40,958 bases of DNA from Chloroflexota bacterium. Lineage in GTDB: Bacteria; Chloroflexota; Dehalococcoidia; GIF9; UBA5629. Every line of letters begins with the position of its first letter. The stretch's first letter is position 1. The notes below the pieces were generated by a model, which saw only the letters and a program-made list of their open reading frames with translations, had not been told where the DNA came from and searched no databases. Shown here piece after piece: positions 25,458-34,561 of this stretch. The position numbers were made by a program, and so were the translations under genes. Location: positions 1 through 40,958 of the forward strand of contig JAPLHK010000029.1 in the NCBI GenBank assembly GCA_026389715.1. The letters are read 5' to 3'.

Positions 25458-26801
25458 ATGAGCATACTGAAGCTGAGTGATGAGAAGTACAGGGAAGTTG
25501 TCGCAGCCTACGAGAAGAAGACCCCCAAATCCAAAAAGCTCAACGAGGAATCGCGCAAATACATAGTGCCGATGGGCGCGCCCGCCTACATGATCTGGCA
25601 CAGGCCATACCCGCTCTTCATCGGTAATGCCCAAGGCTCGAAGCTCTACGACGTTGACGGCAACGAGTACATCGACATGTTTATCGACCAGGGCATCTCG
25701 TATATCGGCCACAAGGCGCCGGCCATACGCAAAGCCATCGATAAGGCCCTGGATAAATACGGCTTCCACCTGGAGATGTGCGAAGAACTTGCCACAAAGT
25801 GGGCGCAGAAGGTGATGCAGCATTACCCTTCCATCAAAAAGATCAAGATAGTCAATTCGGGCAACGAGGCTACCGAACTGGTCTGCCAGATCGCCCGCGC
25901 CTTCACCGGTAAAACCAAGATCATCAAGTTCGCCGGGCACCATCACGGCTGGAACGGGGTGTTGTCATACGACGCGCTGGCGGCCGGCTCCGGCACGCTC
26001 TTTACCCTGGGCATCCCCAATAACCACTGGGATAACCTGATAAACCTGCCGCCCAACGATATCGGTATAGTGGAGAAAGCGCTGAATGATAACAGGGACC
26101 AGGTGGCAGCCGTGGTGCTGGAACCGCTGGGGGCATCGACCGGCGGCACGCCGCTGGCCGAGGGATTCCAGAAACAGTTACGTGAATTGACCACCAAATA
26201 CAACGTGCTGCTGGCTTTCGACGAGGTGGCTACCGGCTTCCGTGTGGCCATCGGCGGGGCGCAGCAGGTACTGGACATAACGCCCGATCTCACCTGCCTG
26301 GGAAAGCCTGCCGGTGGCGGCATGCCCATCGGCGCCGTAGGCGGCCGCGAGGATGTAATGTCCGTGGTGGGCGCCCTGGACCCGCGGGCCGAGCATTTCG
26401 GTCCTCTCTTCCCCATGGGCTCATTCTGCGCACACCCGCTGGCCATGGCGGCCGGCATCGCCTTCATGGAGGAATTAGAGAAGGGTAACTACGTGCAAAA
26501 CTCCATCGACCGTGCGGCGCAGTTAGCCAAAGGCATCAACGAAATAACCGCCAGGCTGAAGTTGGACGTCTCGGCCCACTCTTTGTACAGCATCGTGCAC
26601 TTTGGGCTAAACGGCAAATTCGACATGAGCCAGGTTATGGAGGTCTTCGAGTTCGACCTCATGATCAGGCTGGGCCTGCTGCTGGGCAACCCGGGCGTAG
26701 TGCTGCTGCCCGGCCACGTTTATATGTCGGGCGTGATGACGGAGAAGGACATACATAAGAGCCTGGCTGCTTTTGAGGCCGCCTTCTCAATATATAAATA
26801 A
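25458..26801 (+). CDS. Class-III PLP-dependent aminotransferase/aminomutase (glutamate-1-semialdehyde aminomutase-like, divergent)
   Basis: Motifs VNSGNEATE, FDEVATGFR and CLGKPAGGGMPIGAVGG (PLP lysine context). ATG 25458 lies 5 nt after GGGAGGG. Confidence 0.8.
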   Translation: MSILKLSDEKYREVVAAYEKKTPKSKKLNEESRKYIVPMGAPAYMIWHRPYPLFIGNAQGSKLYDVDGNEYIDMFIDQGISYIGHKAPAIRKAIDKALDKYGFHLEMCEELATKWAQKVMQHYPSIKKIKIVNSGNEATELVCQIARAFTGKTKIIKFAGHHHGWNGVLSYDALAAGSGTLFTLGIPNNHWDNLINLPPNDIGIVEKALNDNRDQVAAVVLEPLGASTGGTPLAEGFQKQLRELTTKYNVLLAFDEVATGFRVAIGGAQQVLDITPDLTCLGKPAGGGMPIGAVGGREDVMSVVGALDPRAEHFGPLFPMGSFCAHPLAMAAGIAFMEELEKGNYVQNSIDRAAQLAKGINEITARLKLDVSAHSLYSIVHFGLNGKFDMSQVMEVFEFDLMIRLGLLLGNPGVVLLPGHVYMSGVMTEKDIHKSLAAFEAAFSIYK

Positions 26802-26922
26802 CCGGAAACTCCAGGCTGATTGACAGCCAGACAGTAAAATGTATAATACGTTTGCATCCTTTCGGTTGTCGGGCTGGTTTGCCGATATTGTATGGTAGAA
26901 CGCAAGGAGGATGATATATAAC

Positions 26923-27957
26923 ATGCCCTATAAAAATATCGTTGTAATAGGTGGAGGAGCTATCGGAGGAATTACAGCAGCCCTGCTGACAAAGAAAGGA
27001 GAGAATGTAGTTGTGCTGGATGCCGACCGCGAACACGTCAAAATGATGAATAAGGGCCTGGAGGTATCCGGATTTACTGAGCTCACCATCCCGGTTAAGT
27101 CTTTAACTCCCGATCAATTCACCGGAAAGGATTATACCGGTTGGGCAGACATCGTATTACTGGCAGTAAAAGGCCTGCATACGGAGAAAGCCCTTACTTC
27201 CATCCTGCCTTACATATCTAAAACAGCGCCTGTGGTTTCCCTGCAGAACGGTATCAATGAGGAAACCATCGCTAAAATCGTGGGGGTCGAGCGCACCATC
27301 GCCTGCAGCATCACCTGGGGCGGAACCAACCAGGGACCGGGCCAGCTAATCCAGACCACGGAAGGCGGATTTATTATCGGCCAGTGGCCTACAGGCAGGA
27401 GCAAGACGGCAGAGGATGTGGTTGATCTGCTCTCCAAAGCCTTCCCGACTGAGATCGCCGATAACATTATCGGCGACCGCTGGACCAAGCTGCTTATCAC
27501 GGTCTCACTGACCGGCGTGGGCACTATCGCCGGGCTTACCTACGGCGGTGTTATAGACAACGAAGCTGCCCGCAAAGTCGCATTGACCGTGATAACCGAG
27601 ACTTACGATGTCGGCATCGCGGCCGGAGTCAATTTCGCGGAGCTTATGGGTGTCTCACCGTCAATTGTGCTGGTGCGCAATAAGGCCGATTTCGATAATG
27701 CTTCTAAATTGCTGGATTTCGCCTTCGCCAAACACCGTCCAACCAAGCCTTCGATGTGGCAGGATATCGAAAAGGGGCGCAAAACGGAGGTTGATTTCGT
27801 CAATGGCTACGTGGTCAGAAAGGGCAAAGAGGTCGGCATGAAAACGCCGGCCAACGAGATGGTCACCAGGATCATCAAGGAGATAGAGGAAGGGACGAGG
27901 AAGCCGGACCCGGCCAACCTGAAGGAATTCACCGGGATCATTGAGTATATCAAATAA
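26923..27957 (+). CDS. Ketopantoate reductase (PanE/ApbA) family NAD(P)-dependent oxidoreductase
   Basis: Rossmann motif VVIGGGAIGG, plus the family C-terminal domain (PSMWQDIEKGRKTEVDFVNGYVV). ATG 26923 is spaced 12 nt from GGAGG. Confidence 0.8.
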   Translation: MPYKNIVVIGGGAIGGITAALLTKKGENVVVLDADREHVKMMNKGLEVSGFTELTIPVKSLTPDQFTGKDYTGWADIVLLAVKGLHTEKALTSILPYISKTAPVVSLQNGINEETIAKIVGVERTIACSITWGGTNQGPGQLIQTTEGGFIIGQWPTGRSKTAEDVVDLLSKAFPTEIADNIIGDRWTKLLITVSLTGVGTIAGLTYGGVIDNEAARKVALTVITETYDVGIAAGVNFAELMGVSPSIVLVRNKADFDNASKLLDFAFAKHRPTKPSMWQDIEKGRKTEVDFVNGYVVRKGKEVGMKTPANEMVTRIIKEIEEGTRKPDPANLKEFTGIIEYIK

Positions 27958-27988
27958 AAAACCATTAATTTAAGGAGGAATTTCACGC

Positions 27989-28912
27989 ATGGCAAAGAAG
28001 CTGATCATCCAGGTAGCACCATTCGGTTCAAACACCCTACATGAAAAAACGCCCAATCTTCCCAACCTGGGCAAAAGGACACCTTACCTGCCCATAACAC
28101 CGGAAGAGGTCGCAGAGGAGGCGCTTCGTTCTTACAATGCGGGCGCCACGCTGTGCCATATCCATGCCAGGGATCCCATACATATGCTGGCCACGCCTGA
28201 CATCAAAGTCTGGGGCGATATCGTCAAGCGCATACGGGAGAAATGCCCTATCGTGATTGAGGCCGGCGGGGGCATAGGCGCCTGGGTTGATACGACTACC
28301 TGGCAGATTATCGCGGCTTCCGAAGAGCAGAAGCTGGCTCTGCTGGACATCAAGCCCGAACCGGACATGCTCACGCTCAATATGGGCACATTTGATATGT
28401 CGATCGGCAAGTACGGTTTTTCCACTTTCAGCAATACGCCTCCCTTCCAGAGAAAGATCATTCAGGGCATCAAGAAAAAGGGATGGGGCATGGAACTCGA
28501 GATCTGGGACATCAGCCACCTGTATAATACGCTGGCCCTCTGCGAAGAAGGCATAATGGATCAGAATGAGGTCTTTCACATCGATTACCCGCTGGGTGTC
28601 GCAGGCGGGCAGCCCGCCACGGCCAAGCAGCTCATGTACATTGCCGAGGAAGGCAAGAGGATGTTCCCCAACTCCAAGTGGCAGGCGCTGGGCATAGGCA
28701 AGGATGAGTTCCCCATGATAACCATGGCCATGCTGCTGGGCGCCGACAGCGTCCGCGTTGGCCTCGAAGATAACATCTATATCTCCCATGGCGAACTGGC
28801 CAAATCCAACGCCGAACTGGTTGAAAAAGCAGTCAGGATAGCCCGAGAGCTGGATTTCGAGATCGCCACGGTGGAAGAAGCCAGGGAAATGCTCCATTTA
28901 AAGAAAAAGTAG
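27989..28912 (+). CDS. Beta-keto acid cleavage enzyme (BKACE / 3-keto-5-aminohexanoate cleavage, DUF849) family
   Basis: TIM-barrel family pattern with an HxH Zn motif in ATLCHIHARDP and an acidic ligand context VRVGLEDN. RBS AAGGAGG is present. Confidence 0.8.
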   Translation: MAKKLIIQVAPFGSNTLHEKTPNLPNLGKRTPYLPITPEEVAEEALRSYNAGATLCHIHARDPIHMLATPDIKVWGDIVKRIREKCPIVIEAGGGIGAWVDTTTWQIIAASEEQKLALLDIKPEPDMLTLNMGTFDMSIGKYGFSTFSNTPPFQRKIIQGIKKKGWGMELEIWDISHLYNTLALCEEGIMDQNEVFHIDYPLGVAGGQPATAKQLMYIAEEGKRMFPNSKWQALGIGKDEFPMITMAMLLGADSVRVGLEDNIYISHGELAKSNAELVEKAVRIARELDFEIATVEEAREMLHLKKK

Positions 28913-29082
28913 CGCAACTCCCGCGTGAAGAAAACAGGCATAAAAACGATAAATATTAAAGGGGCTGACTTATGTGAACTCGCGGCGAGGTAGTAATATC
29001 TTGCCGCGGAAGCCCTTTTAGCCGAGCGGCTAACAATATGTTATTATCCGGTTAAGGCAAATTTTTCGAATAAGGAAAACAT

Positions 29083-30381
29083 ATGTCGAACGAATCGGTA
29101 AAACAGCAATATCAGCTTTCCACCGGGGCGCGTAATTACGTCTTTATTCTCCTTTTCCTTCTCTATTTCTTCGATTACACCGATAGGATGGTAGTGTCTT
29201 CATTGCTTCCTTTTATCCAGAAAGATTGGGGCATAAACGACCAGGAAGGCGCCCTGCTCTTATCGGCGGTTTCCTGGGCTATACTGGTCTTCACATTTCC
29301 CATATCGATTCTGGTTGATAGATGGAGCCGCAGAAAAACGGTCGGAATTATGGCTCTCTTTTGGAGCCTTGCTACGGCTGCCTGCGCATTGATGCCGAAT
29401 TTCAAGGCGCTCTTGTCCACAAGGGCATTAATAGGAGTTGGTGAAGCTGGCTACGCTCCAGGTGGTACTGCTATCTTATCCGGCCTGTATCCCGAGGAGA
29501 AGCGTGCTCGCATGATGGGAATATGGAATGCATCCATTCCACTTGGCAGTGCACTTGGAATTGCTCTGGGTGGGGTGATTGCAACTTACCTGGGCTGGCG
29601 GCACGCCTTCGGCCTTGTAGCTATTCCCGGCTTCCTTGTGGGCATTCTATTTTTCTTTGTTAAAGATTACAAAACAGTGGCACTTACCAGAAATACCGAG
29701 GGCGCAGTAAACGGTCCCCTCAAATCCAGGCCGAGTTTTTCGGAGATTGCAGGCAAGATCGCAAGGACGCCCACCCTCTATTTTACGTATTTTGGTTTTG
29801 CCATGATGGTTTTCGTTACCGCGTCGATGATGATGTTTCTCCCGACCTTCTTTGCAAGGGTGTGGAGGGTTGCACCGGCTCAGGCAGGATTGATGGCAAG
29901 CGCTGTGATGGTACTTGCTGTAGTAGGAGCTCCGCTGGGCGGCTATCTCGCAGACCTCTGGTTGAAGAGAAGGAAAAATGCCAGATTGCTATTCTGCTCT
30001 ATCTCAGCAATTGTGTCTGCCGTGCTTCTTTTTATCTCCATGTATCTTTCCAGTGGAACGTCACAGTATATAGTCCTGCTACTGCTTGGGATCTCAATAA
30101 CGTCCTTTATACCCGGCGTTTCGGCGGCCATGCAGGACATCGTACACCCGGGTCTGCGCGCGATTACATTTGCAATAGCTATAATTATCCAGCACTTGTT
30201 GGGTACTGCATTGGGCCCTATTGTTACAGGAACAATATCGGACGCCTATGGAATTCAGACGGCTTTTATGATACTCCCAGCGTTTTTGATCGCCGCGGCG
30301 GTAATCTTTTTTATCGGCTCTTTCTTTTTCAACAAGGACTATGACAGGGTTGAGAGAGTGGAACTGGTGCTGGAAAAGTAA
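29083..30381 (+). CDS. MFS transporter
   Basis: About 12 hydrophobic segments, with the MFS loop motif LVDRWSRRKT between TM2 and TM3. Confidence 0.85.
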   Translation: MSNESVKQQYQLSTGARNYVFILLFLLYFFDYTDRMVVSSLLPFIQKDWGINDQEGALLLSAVSWAILVFTFPISILVDRWSRRKTVGIMALFWSLATAACALMPNFKALLSTRALIGVGEAGYAPGGTAILSGLYPEEKRARMMGIWNASIPLGSALGIALGGVIATYLGWRHAFGLVAIPGFLVGILFFFVKDYKTVALTRNTEGAVNGPLKSRPSFSEIAGKIARTPTLYFTYFGFAMMVFVTASMMMFLPTFFARVWRVAPAQAGLMASAVMVLAVVGAPLGGYLADLWLKRRKNARLLFCSISAIVSAVLLFISMYLSSGTSQYIVLLLLGISITSFIPGVSAAMQDIVHPGLRAITFAIAIIIQHLLGTALGPIVTGTISDAYGIQTAFMILPAFLIAAAVIFFIGSFFFNKDYDRVERVELVLEK

Positions 30382-30421
30382 CACAAAACATCCAATAGCC
30401 CTCTTTTACCGTCGGCTTTTA

Positions 30422-30450
30422 CCGGCCCGGCCTCGCCGGGCCGGTTCTTC
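30422..30450 (+). terminator. GC-rich hairpin terminator after the MFS gene
   Basis: CCGGCCCGG-CCTCG-CCGGGCCGG forms a 9-bp perfect stem, followed by TTCTTC. It begins 41 nt after the stop codon. Confidence 0.6.
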
Positions 30451-30545
30451 TATGACAACCTGCGAATAGTCTTTTCCCAGGCTTGCTGCCAGTGTGCCCA
30501 TCAGGACAGCCCTCATTATTCGGTCTTATCGACGGCTGTTCCCGT

Positions 30546-30583
30546 ATAAATCTATAAAATATTGGATATTTCTATAGATTTAT
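30546..30583. promoter_or_regulatory. Long AT-rich inverted repeat overlapping the heme-operon promoter, candidate operator
   Basis: ATAAATCTATAAAATAT-tgg-ATATTT(c)TATAGATTTAT gives 17 pairing positions with one bulge. Confidence 0.55.
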
Positions 30584-30590
30584 ATATAAT
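30562..30590 (+). promoter_or_regulatory. Candidate promoter of the regulator-ahb-hem operon
   Basis: TTGGAT (30562..30567), a 17-nt spacer, then TATAAT (30585..30590). It lies 31 nt upstream of ATG 30622. Confidence 0.5.
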
Positions 30591-30621
30591 TTGCACCGGC
30601 AAATAAATAGGGGCTGCATAT

Positions 30622-31287
30622 ATGAAAGATAAGAACCCTGGTGCAGAACGAGAAAAAATAGTCACGATCAGTGAAGCGAGCCAGATGCTGGGCGTCAATG
30701 AGGCCACACTGCGCCAGTGGACGGACGACGGTAAGCTCAAGGCTTTCGTGACTCCCGGGGGCCACCGGCGCTACTCAAAATCCGACCTGAAGAAATTCAG
30801 GGGGTTAAGCCAGAAGGTGCTGGGCGTCCAAGACCTGGTTATCGAACTGGAGGACACAACCAGACAGCACCGTGAGATCGAACGTAGCTTTATCAGCGGC
30901 GCTTCACGAACTGTTAAACCCGATGAAGCGCATCAAAAACAATTGGCCGACCTGGGACGCCGCCTGCTCAACCTTATCAACAGGTATATAAGTGAACCGG
31001 CGCACCGGGAGGAGATACTGACCATGGCCCACGAGGTCGGCAGTGGCTTCGGAAGGGTCCTGGCCGATCTGCAATTGCCCCTGACTGCTTCGGTGGAGGC
31101 GTTCCTGATGCACCGCGCCACCATCATGCAGGCGGCCGCCAACCTGATGGGCAAAAGGGAATCCTACGGTGGGCATATAGCAGAATCCATACCGCTGGCC
31201 AACCGTTTTCTCGACGAAACACTGGTCTCGATGATTGCCTCACACCAGGCGTGTTCAACCGCACCAAAAGAGGGAAACAGGGCATGA
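30622..31287 (+). CDS. HTH (MerR/excisionase-type) DNA-binding protein with a helical C-terminal sensor-like domain
   Basis: The N-terminus VTISEASQMLGVNEATLRQWTDDGKLKAFVTPGGHRRYSKSDL is an excisionase/MerR-like HTH. The ~150-aa helical C-terminal domain is of unknown function. The stop overlaps the ahbC start (ATGA). Confidence 0.7.
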   Translation: MKDKNPGAEREKIVTISEASQMLGVNEATLRQWTDDGKLKAFVTPGGHRRYSKSDLKKFRGLSQKVLGVQDLVIELEDTTRQHREIERSFISGASRTVKPDEAHQKQLADLGRRLLNLINRYISEPAHREEILTMAHEVGSGFGRVLADLQLPLTASVEAFLMHRATIMQAAANLMGKRESYGGHIAESIPLANRFLDETLVSMIASHQACSTAPKEGNRA

Positions 31288-32456
31288 TATCTGTATCACG
31301 CCTGCTCTGCGGCGCCGTCAGCCCGGGAGATGCCCTGCGCTACCGGGATGCCGCTACAACTCCGGGCCACCTGCATCAGCCGGCGCCCGGGCCGGTAGTC
31401 GTCTGGAACTGCACCGGACGTTGCAACCTGCGCTGCATACATTGCTATGCAAGCGCTGCAGATCGGAGCGCCGATGGGCAAATGGATAGTGCAGCAGGCA
31501 TGAAATTTATCACAGACATTGCGGAATTCAAGGTACCGGTTATCCTTTTCTCCGGAGGCGAACCCCTGCTGCGCAAAGATCTATTTAAGCTTGCCGGCTT
31601 TGCTTCCGCCAGGGGTATCAGGGTGGCACTGTCCACCAACGGCACTCTTATAGACGACAAGACGGCCGATGCTATTCAGAAAACCGGCTTTGCCGAGGTG
31701 GGCATCAGTCTCGACGGACTGGAACCTGTTAACGACCATTTCCGCGGGAAAGAGGGCGCCTACAGGGAAGCACTGCGTGGTATACGCAATTGCATAGCCC
31801 GGGGAATACGCGTTTCCCTGCGCCTGACCATTACCATGCATAACCACAGCGAGATACCCGCCATCTTTGACCTGGTCGAAGCGGAAGGCATCGACAGGGT
31901 CTGCTTCTACCACCTGGCTTATTCTGGGCGGGGGGACAACCTGCGCGGGCAGGATGTCACGCATGCCCAGGCACGGCACGCCGTGGACATTATCTGTGAA
32001 CGTACACTGGATATGTACAGGCGCGGCTTGCGCAAAGAAGTATTGACCGTGGGCAATCACGCGGATGGCGTATACCTGTATTTGAAAGTCCTGGCCACTG
32101 ACCACGTCCTTGCCGGCAGTATATTAGAGTTATTGACTTTGAACGGCGGCAACAATTCAGGCCTCAGGATAGGCGCTGTTGATGACCGCGGTAATGTTCA
32201 TCCCGACCAGTTCTGGCAAAGCCGGACGTTAGGCAACGTCACGCGGCGCAAATTCGGCGAGATATGGAGCGACACTTCCCAGCCGCTGCTGCAGGGGTTG
32301 AGAAACCGCAAGAAACTGCTCAAGGGCCGCTGCTCCCGCTGCAAATTCCTCGATATCTGCAACGGCAACCTGCGCGTGCGCGCCGAAGCGGTATACGGCG
32401 ATACCTGGGCAGAGGACCCGGCCTGCTACCTTAGCGAACTGGAGATCGGAGCTTAG
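31284..32456 (+). CDS. ahbC: Radical SAM/SPASM enzyme, NirJ1/AhbC type (Fe-coproporphyrin III synthase)
   Basis: N-terminus ISVSRLLCG...DALRY, then VVWNCTGRCNLRCIHCY (CxxxCxxC) and the C-terminal Cys cluster CSRCKFLDICNG. The AhbC versus AhbD assignment rests on N-terminal family resemblance only. Confidence 0.75.
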   Translation: MISVSRLLCGAVSPGDALRYRDAATTPGHLHQPAPGPVVVWNCTGRCNLRCIHCYASAADRSADGQMDSAAGMKFITDIAEFKVPVILFSGGEPLLRKDLFKLAGFASARGIRVALSTNGTLIDDKTADAIQKTGFAEVGISLDGLEPVNDHFRGKEGAYREALRGIRNCIARGIRVSLRLTITMHNHSEIPAIFDLVEAEGIDRVCFYHLAYSGRGDNLRGQDVTHAQARHAVDIICERTLDMYRRGLRKEVLTVGNHADGVYLYLKVLATDHVLAGSILELLTLNGGNNSGLRIGAVDDRGNVHPDQFWQSRTLGNVTRRKFGEIWSDTSQPLLQGLRNRKKLLKGRCSRCKFLDICNGNLRVRAEAVYGDTWAEDPACYLSELEIGA

Positions 32457-32457
32457 C

Positions 32458-34554
32458 ATGTCACCCGGTTCACCAACTACGATCATTCAGCCCAAATTGC
32501 TACTTGTAGCCTGGGAGGTCACACGGAGCTGCAATTTATTCTGCGCCCATTGCCGGGCCTCAGCGGGCAGCGGTCAATACGATGGGGAATTAGACACGCG
32601 GGATTGCTACGGCATCATCGACCAGATACTCGAGGTGGGAAAACCGGTGCTTATCCTGACCGGTGGCGAGCCGCTGGCCCGCGAGGATATATTTTCCATC
32701 GCTGAATACGCGGTGCGCAGCGGCCTGCGCGTGGTTATGGGCAGCAACGGGACACTGATTTCGCCCGCGATAGCAGCGAAATTAAAGGATATCCCTGTAT
32801 CGCGTGTTTCGGTCAGCCTTGATTTTCCCACCGCTGAATTGCAGGACAGCTTCCGCGGGCAACCGGGCGCCTATGAGGCCGCGCTGGCCGGCATCAGGAA
32901 TCTGCGCCTCGCCGGCGTTGAGGTGCAGGTCAACTGCACCCTGACCAAACTGAATATCGCCTATCTCAACGACCTGATTAATCTCGCCCTGGATGCGGGG
33001 GCCGTCGCCTTTCATCCCTTTTTCCTGGTGCCCACCGGCAGGGGAAAGGGACTTGAACAGGTCGAACTCAGCGCCAATGAATACGAGCAGGCGTTGAACT
33101 GGATATACGATAAACAACTGGAACTGGGCAGCAGCATTTTCTTCAAGCCGACCGATGCCCCGCATTACCTGCGGGTAATGAAACAACGTCAGAAGATAGC
33201 AATACAGGCGCCCCCGCGCGAGACTTCAATCCCCGGGGGTCACGCTGCGATGCATACTATCTCACGGGGATGCCTGGCAGGCACGGGATTCTGTTTCATT
33301 TCACATCGAGGGAAGGTGCAGGGTTGCGGCTATCTTGAAATAGAAGCGGGTGATTTGAGAAAACAGTCTTTCGCACAGGTATGGACTGATTCACCGCTGT
33401 TTGCAAAGCTAAGGGACATTGCCAACCTCAAGGGCAAATGCGGCGCCTGCGAGTATAAGAGGTTGTGCGGAGGTTGCCGCGCCCGCGCCTTTGAAACCAG
33501 CGGAGATTATCTTGAAGCCGAACCCTACTGCCTTTATCAACCGGCCATACCCAACGGAGATGCGTTAAATGTCTGTTCAGCGCTGGATGCCACGTCGCTC
33601 CGCCTGCTCGGCCTGCTGCAGTCGGAGTTTCCCATGACACGTGAACCCTATGCAGACCTGGGCGCCAAGCTGGGAATAGCGGGTGAAGAGGTGATCAGCC
33701 GGATTCAAGAGATGAAGCACGCGGGCATCGTAAGGCAGATCAGCCCGGTACTGGATGCCAGGCGGATCGGCTACCAGAGCACGCTCGTTGCTTTGAAGGT
33801 AAATACGATCAATATGGCGAGGGCAGAACAGGTTATCTCTGCCCACCCGGGCATCAGCCACGGCTACGAGAGGGAGCACGAATTCAATATATGGGTAACG
33901 CTATCGGTCCCGCCCGGCGTTGCCCTGAATACCGAACTCAAAGACCTGTCATTACGCACAGGCGCCGAAGCCATGTTCTCGCTGGCTGCGGTCAGGGTCT
34001 TCAAGCTGCGCACTAATTTCGGCGTTGATGAAGATGCCGGGACGGATTCCGGAATCCATCAAAATAATGACCTGGCGAAACGGACTGTATTATCCCCAGA
34101 GGACCGGGTAATAATTAACCTGCTGCAACAGGACCTCCCGCTATGCTACGATCCGTTTGCACAGATGTCAGCGGGCCTTGCAATGAGCGTGCCGTCCGTA
34201 CTGGGCCATTGTCGTTCGCTGCTTCAGCGTGGTGTTATGCGCCGCTATGGCGCGTCGATAAACCATTACAGGACCGGCTATACTGCTAATGCTATGACCT
34301 GCTGGGCGGTTCCAGCCAGCCGGGTTGAGTTTATGGGCCGCCGTCTGGCAGGACTGAAGCAGGTAAGCCACTGCTACGAGCGGGAAACCAACGAGTTCTG
34401 GCCTTATAACGTGTTTGCTATGTTACACGGCCGGTCCAAAGCAACCTGCAACCAGGTTGCGGACAAAATATCGGAAGATACGGGTATCTGTGACTACGTG
34501 GTACTATTCAGCGCCAGGGAATTTAAGAAAACCAGGATCCTTTACAGGGTATAG
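32458..34554 (+). CDS. ahbD-ahbAB: Fusion protein: radical SAM/SPASM NirJ2/AhbD-type heme synthase (aa ~1-362) plus two Lrp/AsnC-like siroheme decarboxylase modules, AhbA/AhbB (aa ~376-525 and ~544-698)
   Basis: AWEVTRSCNLFCAHCRA and the SPASM motif CGACEYKRLCGGCRARA. These are followed by LRLLGLLQSEFPMTREPY...ISHGYEREHEFNIWVTL and VIINLLQQDLPLCYDPF...VSHCYERETNEFWPYNVFAMLH. It is one uninterrupted 698-aa ORF. Confidence 0.8.
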   Translation: MSPGSPTTIIQPKLLLVAWEVTRSCNLFCAHCRASAGSGQYDGELDTRDCYGIIDQILEVGKPVLILTGGEPLAREDIFSIAEYAVRSGLRVVMGSNGTLISPAIAAKLKDIPVSRVSVSLDFPTAELQDSFRGQPGAYEAALAGIRNLRLAGVEVQVNCTLTKLNIAYLNDLINLALDAGAVAFHPFFLVPTGRGKGLEQVELSANEYEQALNWIYDKQLELGSSIFFKPTDAPHYLRVMKQRQKIAIQAPPRETSIPGGHAAMHTISRGCLAGTGFCFISHRGKVQGCGYLEIEAGDLRKQSFAQVWTDSPLFAKLRDIANLKGKCGACEYKRLCGGCRARAFETSGDYLEAEPYCLYQPAIPNGDALNVCSALDATSLRLLGLLQSEFPMTREPYADLGAKLGIAGEEVISRIQEMKHAGIVRQISPVLDARRIGYQSTLVALKVNTINMARAEQVISAHPGISHGYEREHEFNIWVTLSVPPGVALNTELKDLSLRTGAEAMFSLAAVRVFKLRTNFGVDEDAGTDSGIHQNNDLAKRTVLSPEDRVIINLLQQDLPLCYDPFAQMSAGLAMSVPSVLGHCRSLLQRGVMRRYGASINHYRTGYTANAMTCWAVPASRVEFMGRRLAGLKQVSHCYERETNEFWPYNVFAMLHGRSKATCNQVADKISEDTGICDYVVLFSAREFKKTRILYRV

Positions 34555-34561
34555 TGCGAGC

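Noticed and set aside
25356-25946. A 196-aa minus-strand ORF spanning the lar/aminotransferase intergenic region and the 5' end of the aminotransferase gene.
   Set aside because: It overlaps a motif-supported CDS on the other strand and has no recognisable domain.
28037-28897. A 286-aa antisense ORF across the BKACE gene.
   Set aside because: This is a shadow ORF. The plus-strand frame carries the HxH and LEDN BKACE motifs and has a strong RBS.
28981-29048. A hairpin CGCGGCGAG-N10-CTTGCCGCG and a short inverted repeat TTAGCCG-AG-CGGCTAA upstream of the MFS gene. These could be a terminator or an internal promoter/operator.
   Set aside because: The hairpin lacks an adjacent T-tract, and the putative promoter TTAGCC-18-TATTAT is weak. 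This is too little evidence to call either feature.
34415-34561. An upstream extension of the sirC ORF that overlaps the end of the ahbD-ahbAB gene.
   Set aside because: The family-typical N-terminus (MNAYYPIFLNLAGK) starts at ATG 34562, 7 nt after the preceding stop. The extension has no homology-like features.
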